DNA from: Candidatus Bathyarchaeota archaeon | GTDB lineage: Archaea; Thermoproteota; Bathyarchaeia; Bathyarchaeales; Bathycorpusculaceae | Reading direction: 5' to 3' | Assembly: GCA_963780185.1 (NCBI GenBank) | Contig: CAWABA010000005.1 | Location: 32,001-96,000, forward strand | Length of the DNA stretch: 64,000 nt | Shown: positions 59,759-64,000 of the stretch, piece by piece | How positions within the stretch are numbered: position 1 is the first letter of the stretch | Layout of the letters: each line of letters begins with the position of its first letter | Notes under the pieces: model-generated | What the model saw: the letters and a program-made list of their open reading frames with translations, nothing else | Told to the model about the DNA's origin: nothing | Database searches by the model: none | Position numbers and translations under genes: made by a program

Positions 59759-60367
59759 TCACATGATCAAATTCAGAATAGCAACAACAAGAAATAAACT
59801 TATCGCAATTATCAAGAATATGAAAGCTACGTAGACCCACACTGCTTTTCGTTGGTTAAATTTGTAATTTTTCATTGTATCTTCCGCTGTAGTTGCAGCG
59901 ACTCTTTGGATAAGCTCTTCTTCTGTTCTGTTTTGGTATTCTTCAATTAGGTTAATAGGATTAATTGTTATGAATTTTGACATCCAGTATCCCCAAAGGC
60001 CGAACCCTGCTGAGACTACGAAAAGCCCTAGTGGCAATAAGAACAGCCAGCCGTATCTAGCGTGTGGAAAAATTACGGTGATTCCCGCTGTTAAGGTGGC
60101 CAATACGGTGGCTAACAGACCCGCGAATCCGATGACGCTGCTTGCCTTAGAATCAATGTCGTTTGTTCTTCTCCATTCCAAGTCATAACGATTCACGATC
60201 ATTTCGTAAATTAATTTATCCCTTTGTTTTTCCTCGTGAGGTGTCATTTTTTCAGTTGTTGGATTTTCTTCTGCTGTCTCATTTGTTGGAGACTTGTTGC
60301 TTTTATCATCGCGATTATCGGAGCAAACGGATGTGCTATCTTTGCTCGTGCTCTTTTCCTCGATCAC
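59759..60367 (-). CDS. 3-TM membrane protein
   Basis: DIDSKASSVIGFAGLLA, two TM helices, soluble loop, NQRKA plus terminal TM. Confidence 0.7.
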   Translation of the reverse strand: MIEEKSTSKDSTSVCSDNRDDKSNKSPTNETAEENPTTEKMTPHEEKQRDKLIYEMIVNRYDLEWRRTNDIDSKASSVIGFAGLLATVLATLTAGITVIFPHARYGWLFLLPLGLFVVSAGFGLWGYWMSKFITINPINLIEEYQNRTEEELIQRVAATTAEDTMKNYKFNQRKAVWVYVAFIFLIIAISLFLVVAILNLIM

Positions 60368-60552
60368 TACTCCATTTTCTGCGCATTTAAGCTTTGCACC
60401 GCTATGTCGGCATCGATTTTGGACTTAAGGAAATTTGTGCGGGCAATTATGGAAAGCTGTCTAGATTTATTTTCTTGAGCTTAGAAAAAAACGTTTACAA
60501 ATAGTTTCTGGGTGCCATTAGGGTTCACATGGCAACCCGTAACGGCAGCTAT

Positions 60553-60612
60553 GAGGCTCTATATTTACTTTCGAAAGCGATTATTTAGCCTTACTTTGAA
60601 CTTGGTCTTCAA
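60553..60612 (-). pseudogene. Truncated RelE/ParE-like toxin stub
   Basis: TTG AAG ACC AAG TTC AAA GTA AGG CTA AAT AAT CGC TTT CGA AAG TAA = MKTKFKVRLNNRFRK*, overlapping the antitoxin 3' end. Confidence 0.45.
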
Positions 60613-60805
60613 GGTGCAGATCCCGTACCAGCTCATCCAGCGTCATGGTTTTTCCCTGTTTAGCTTCGCGCAAAGAAGCCCGCAGATCGTTTACCAGTTC
60701 TTGGTCCTGCATGACTTCCAACGTTTCAAGCAGTTCTTCCATCAGACTTGCTGCTTTCGTGAGAAGTTCTTTTTCGTCCGCTGTTAAAAGCGCCATACTT
60801 TGCAT
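60581..60805 (-). CDS. RelB/Phd-like antitoxin (acidic, 74 aa)
   Basis: LLETLEVMQDQELVNDLRASLREAKQGKTMTLDEL resembles the antitoxin C-terminal ETLE..D..L..S..E..G pattern. Confidence 0.7.
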   Translation of the reverse strand: MQSMALLTADEKELLTKAASLMEELLETLEVMQDQELVNDLRASLREAKQGKTMTLDELVRDLHLEDQVQSKAK

Positions 60806-60903
60806 GCACCTGTCTAAAATACGGGCAATGAGGTTCTTATCTTTTGCTTTCCGTCAGAGGTGGGATGGAAATTTTTTTCAACACCTTAATCTGCAGTGCA
60901 AAT

Positions 60904-60961
60904 AGGAGCAAGTGCCCTGTGCCCAAAGGTGCGTGCCCGAATCGCGCCCCGGCACCAACCA
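60904..60961 (+). repeat. Degenerate direct repeat of the tRNA-Met intron 3' part plus 3' exon (attR-like)
   Basis: AGGAGCAAGTGCCCTGTGCCCAAAGGTGCGTGCCCGAATCGCGCCCCGGCACCAACCA vs 57459-57518 AGGGGCAAGTGCCTTGGTCACAGAGGTCGCGTGCTCGAATCGCGCCCCCGGCACCAACCA. Confidence 0.85.
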
Positions 60962-61383
60962 TTCACGCATGCCGTTTTTGTGGCTGGTTTTTGGTTAAAA
61001 TTTCCATGTTGCCGTGATTGCCACTCTATTAGAAGCGTCAAAAGCAGGTTCTAAAATCTTTTAAGCAAGGTCAAAACAGATACAAGTTCAGTGAGATATT
61101 GAAAGCTAACGTAAAATTGTGGATGATAGCTGTTTGGGCAATTGCTTTTACAGTCTACACTGTTTTTTTTGTTCTTAGTAAAATTGGTTTGCTCCACAAT
61201 ATGACTGGAGTAGACATATCATAGTTAGTGCATCCCCGCTTATTGGTGGAATGTTAGGCGTATTAGGCGGGGTGTTAATTTCTAACTACATTCGCCAAAA
61301 AGGTAAACCAAAACAGAACCCTTCTCAGAATGCCCCTCTGCCCTCTTGAAAATTTAGGCGACAAAAAAATAGGTGAAAAAAAT

Positions 61384-61533
61384 ATGGGTAAAGAACATAA
61401 GTTTAGGAAAGACTTTACGGCAGAGCAGTACGCGGCTTATTTAGAACGGAAAGCTAAGGATCCAGACGCTCTAATACCTGAAGGTAATGAGCCGCGGAAT
61501 ACAAAATTTAAATCGAGAAAAAAGGTAGCGTAG
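61384..61533 (+). CDS. Small basic hypothetical protein
   Basis: MGKEHKFRKDFTAEQYAAYLERKAKDPD...; AGGTGA SD upstream of ATG 61384. Confidence 0.5.
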   Translation: MGKEHKFRKDFTAEQYAAYLERKAKDPDALIPEGNEPRNTKFKSRKKVA

Positions 61534-61583
61534 TTTTTACTTTTACCTAAAAAGAGAATTTTGACCTTGTTTAGCTTTTTCTT

Positions 61584-61922
61584 TCATTTTACAGATTGTG
61601 AAGCCAACTTTGCTTTTTCCACAATCCTGCCTGAAACCGAATCGTAATACCAAACAATCCACAAGAATTGAATGGCGAATCCCACTCCAAGCAGCACAAA
61701 GCCTTGACCCACATATGGGTGATAGAAAAATCCAGTGGGCGTTCCGTCGGGGTTGAATACCCGATAAGAAACTGCTGAAACACTAATTCCCAAGGTTATC
61801 AGGATGAATCCTGCCCACATCGGGATTAATTTTAGATTTTTCAGCAATTTTCCGTCGATTAACACTCCATTCTGCTTCAATCCTCTTAACCCAAAATAAA
61901 CCAGGAAACTGGGCACCATCAA
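61584..61922 (-). CDS. Membrane hypothetical protein (probably the 3' part of a longer disrupted gene)
   Basis: Hydrophobic helices; upstream hydrophobic coding-like sequence to ~62063 is interrupted. Confidence 0.45.
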   Translation of the reverse strand: MMVPSFLVYFGLRGLKQNGVLIDGKLLKNLKLIPMWAGFILITLGISVSAVSYRVFNPDGTPTGFFYHPYVGQGFVLLGVGFAIQFLWIVWYYDSVSGRIVEKAKLASQSVK

Positions 61923-62161
61923 GATAACTACAAGGAGAAAAATGCCAAAGGAATCTAAGAAAAATCCTTGTAATTAACTGCAAATATGAAGATCACTCCG
62001 ATGAAGCCTAATATTCCAGAGTATAATCTGAGGAAGGAATTCATAACGGGCGTTTCAAACATGCACTCTATTCTATCTAATCTAAACTTAAAACTTGCCA
62101 CCGTGATTTTCAGCCCCAGAGAGAGGACTCTTGCGAAGCCTTCAGGCTCAGTTTCTGCGGG

Positions 62162-63271
62162 TTACGGCGTGTTTGTCCAAATCGGCGTCACTGTACAGTT
62201 AGAGACAAAATCTGGGGTGTAGATTATTGTGCCGATCTGCGCTGTGTTTGAGCTGCTGTAGGAGTCGAAGCCGTAGCCGCTGTTGATTGTGGAAAGTTTG
62301 GGTGAGGCTGGGTAGGTTGCTGCGTCGTAGGTAAATGTTCCTGAGTCGGCGGGTACGGTGATGTTCATTTCTAAGTTGCCGTCCGCAGTGTAGGCGACGA
62401 CCCTTAGCCCCACGTTGTAAGCTACCCCTTCTCCTGTGTTTGTGAGTGAGCCGACGATGTAGAGGCTGTTTTCGAAACCTGCCGGCTGATTGTTGGCGGG
62501 ATACGCCTTCGCGTTTATGGATGCCACAATATTAGCCTCAGATAAGCCTTTGATGGTGGCTTGGAGGTTTGCGGTTTGGTTTTGGAGGTAGGTAACTTGG
62601 CTGCTTAACGGCTGGTTTTTGTCGGGAACCGCGTTTCCAACGTTGTATGCCCAGCAAACGGGTGTTATTGTCCAGTTGACAACGGAGCCTTCATGGAATA
62701 TGTTTATGCCGACATTGGTTCTTTGCCCGCTGTCTAAGATTTGAAGCGCAAAGCTGCTATCGCCGTAAGTTTTGGTCACAAACGCGTTTGTGGCGTTGTC
62801 GCTGCCGAAAGTTGTGCCTGTGAAGGGAACCGTAAGGTTAATTTCCATGGTGCCGTCAGCGGCGTACGCAACAACCTGCAACCCAGCATCGACCGCGTAG
62901 CCTTTGCCTTCGTTGGTGACGGAGCCGTCTATCCACAGGTAATTGAATGGAACTGGGGTAGCCTTGTATCCTCCCATTTCGCTGCTGGCGCTGCCTTGCA
63001 TTTCATGCGTCTCCAGAGAGGTAACAAGATTTGCCGACGTCAAATTAGCTATGACTCCTGTCAGGTTTGCGAGTTGAGTTTTGAGGTCTGATATTTCGCC
63101 TTTAAGCTGGGCTGTCGAGGCGTTTTGCTTGGAAATTTGGGATTGCGTCGCGGCTTCTTTTGAATTTCTTTCATTCGTCATGTTGTTGTAGTAAATTGCT
63201 GCTCCGGCGAAGATGCTCACTAAAACCACAGCAATAATCAAGATTGCTATGGCTTTTCCTTTGGGTCGCAT
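62162..63271 (-). CDS. Membrane-anchored protein with coiled coils and two FxLYD-like Ig repeats
   Basis: N-terminal anchor; repeats LWIDGSVTNEGKGYAVDAGLQVVAYAADG / LYIVGSLTNTGEGVAYNVGLRVVAYTADG. Confidence 0.8.
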   Translation of the reverse strand: MRPKGKAIAILIIAVVLVSIFAGAAIYYNNMTNERNSKEAATQSQISKQNASTAQLKGEISDLKTQLANLTGVIANLTSANLVTSLETHEMQGSASSEMGGYKATPVPFNYLWIDGSVTNEGKGYAVDAGLQVVAYAADGTMEINLTVPFTGTTFGSDNATNAFVTKTYGDSSFALQILDSGQRTNVGINIFHEGSVVNWTITPVCWAYNVGNAVPDKNQPLSSQVTYLQNQTANLQATIKGLSEANIVASINAKAYPANNQPAGFENSLYIVGSLTNTGEGVAYNVGLRVVAYTADGNLEMNITVPADSGTFTYDAATYPASPKLSTINSGYGFDSYSSSNTAQIGTIIYTPDFVSNCTVTPIWTNTP

Positions 63272-63466
63272 AGTTGCACATGGACGCGTTTAGATGTTAA
63301 AAGGTTTTTTGTATAGGTTTGTGGACTAAGACGGAATTGTTTAGTTCAGGATTCTTGACAAACACGCGTTCTGCCTATTTCGCGCGGTTTTGGTTTGGAC
63401 CCTTAAGGCTTCTGGAGGGAGGGAACAATATTCCATCTAGAATTAAATAGTTTAGCGGTTGCTAAG

Positions 63467-63700
63467 TTGTTAGAGGACTTGTTTTTGGAGCGTCATGAAG
63501 CGTTAGCGTTGCTGCGGGAACTAGTAGAGAACAAAGTGTCTCAGCCTTCTTTTGTCTCAATACGAGAAAACCAAAACGGAAAATTTAACCTCATCCTGAA
63601 GGATGATTACAGCAGCGAAGAACTAAAGCAGTTGGCAGCCCAAAAAAACCTCTTAGTTGAAGTAGACGAAAAAGGGTACTGCATAATCCGCAAACCCTAA
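63467..63700 (+). CDS. Hypothetical protein (77 aa)
   Basis: Compact ORF with typical composition and an AT-rich TATA-like element upstream. Confidence 0.6.
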   Translation: MLEDLFLERHEALALLRELVENKVSQPSFVSIRENQNGKFNLILKDDYSSEELKQLAAQKNLLVEVDEKGYCIIRKP

Positions 63701-63861
63701 CTTTTCTTCGGCTCCCGCAAACTTTCGCAAACCATTTCGGCAATTTGGGAAACCAAAAATCTTAAACCAACCTGTCTGCCGCCTAAAACATCAAGTTCCC
63801 GCGCAGATTGAGAAACGCTATTAAGCGCTTACTACACAATCATCTCGAAGTGAACCCGTCT

Positions 63862-64000
63862 ATGGACTACGACAACTTTTTCCTGCCAAGCGGCGACCTC
63901 AAGAAAGGCAAAGAATTCTACCAAAACATTTTGGGGCTCCCCATCAAGTTTGACTTTTCAGACATTGGTATGGTAGCCTTCAAAGTCGGCGACAACGAAC
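63862..64000 (+). CDS. VOC/glyoxalase family protein (runs off the window edge)
   Basis: MDYDNFFLPSGDLKKGKEFYQNILGLPIKFDFSDIGMVAFKVG: DL...FY..LG VOC signature. Confidence 0.8.
   Translation, partial: MDYDNFFLPSGDLKKGKEFYQNILGLPIKFDFSDIGMVAFKVGDNE

Larger units (their letters stand above)
57515..60961. mobile_element. Decayed tRNA-Met-integrated islet (~3.4 kb, no integrase)
   Basis: Bounded by tRNA-Met and a degenerate copy of its 3' half at 60904-60961; visibly AT-richer; TA remnants and orphan membrane ORFs. Confidence 0.65.

Overview
This is an archaeal chromosomal segment, most consistent with Bathyarchaeia (inferred from a single-OB SSB, archaeal-type HMG-CoA synthase, a tRNA with a non-canonical intron, PE(F/Y/I)-type C-terminal sorting signals and TATA/SD promoter style). 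In order it holds: a sulfur amino-acid cluster (metY, two HTH regulators, cysK, cysE, tRNA-Cys) sharing a palindromic operator; valS; a trpEGDCBA operon without trpF; tRNA-Lys followed by vapBC; and a TMEM175 channel. Next come uvrBAC, ssb, a thiolase-like gene with all catalytic motifs replaced coupled to a DUF35::HMG-CoA synthase fusion, pncB, ABC transporters and uppP. An NRAMP/DtxR/ABC-2 locus carries five TTAGG-N4-CCTAA boxes, followed by an SplB-like radical SAM gene with dinB, an MBL hydrolase, glycosylation genes, a complete hoxEFUYH (group 3d) hydrogenase operon and Hsp20. An intron-containing tRNA-Met precedes a decayed ~3.4 kb islet bounded by a degenerate att repeat. Genes between ~19.9 and ~30.2 kb carry many single-base indels, probably long-read errors. 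No rRNA, CRISPR array, transposase or integrase was seen. All family calls are by motif recognition; no database search was run.
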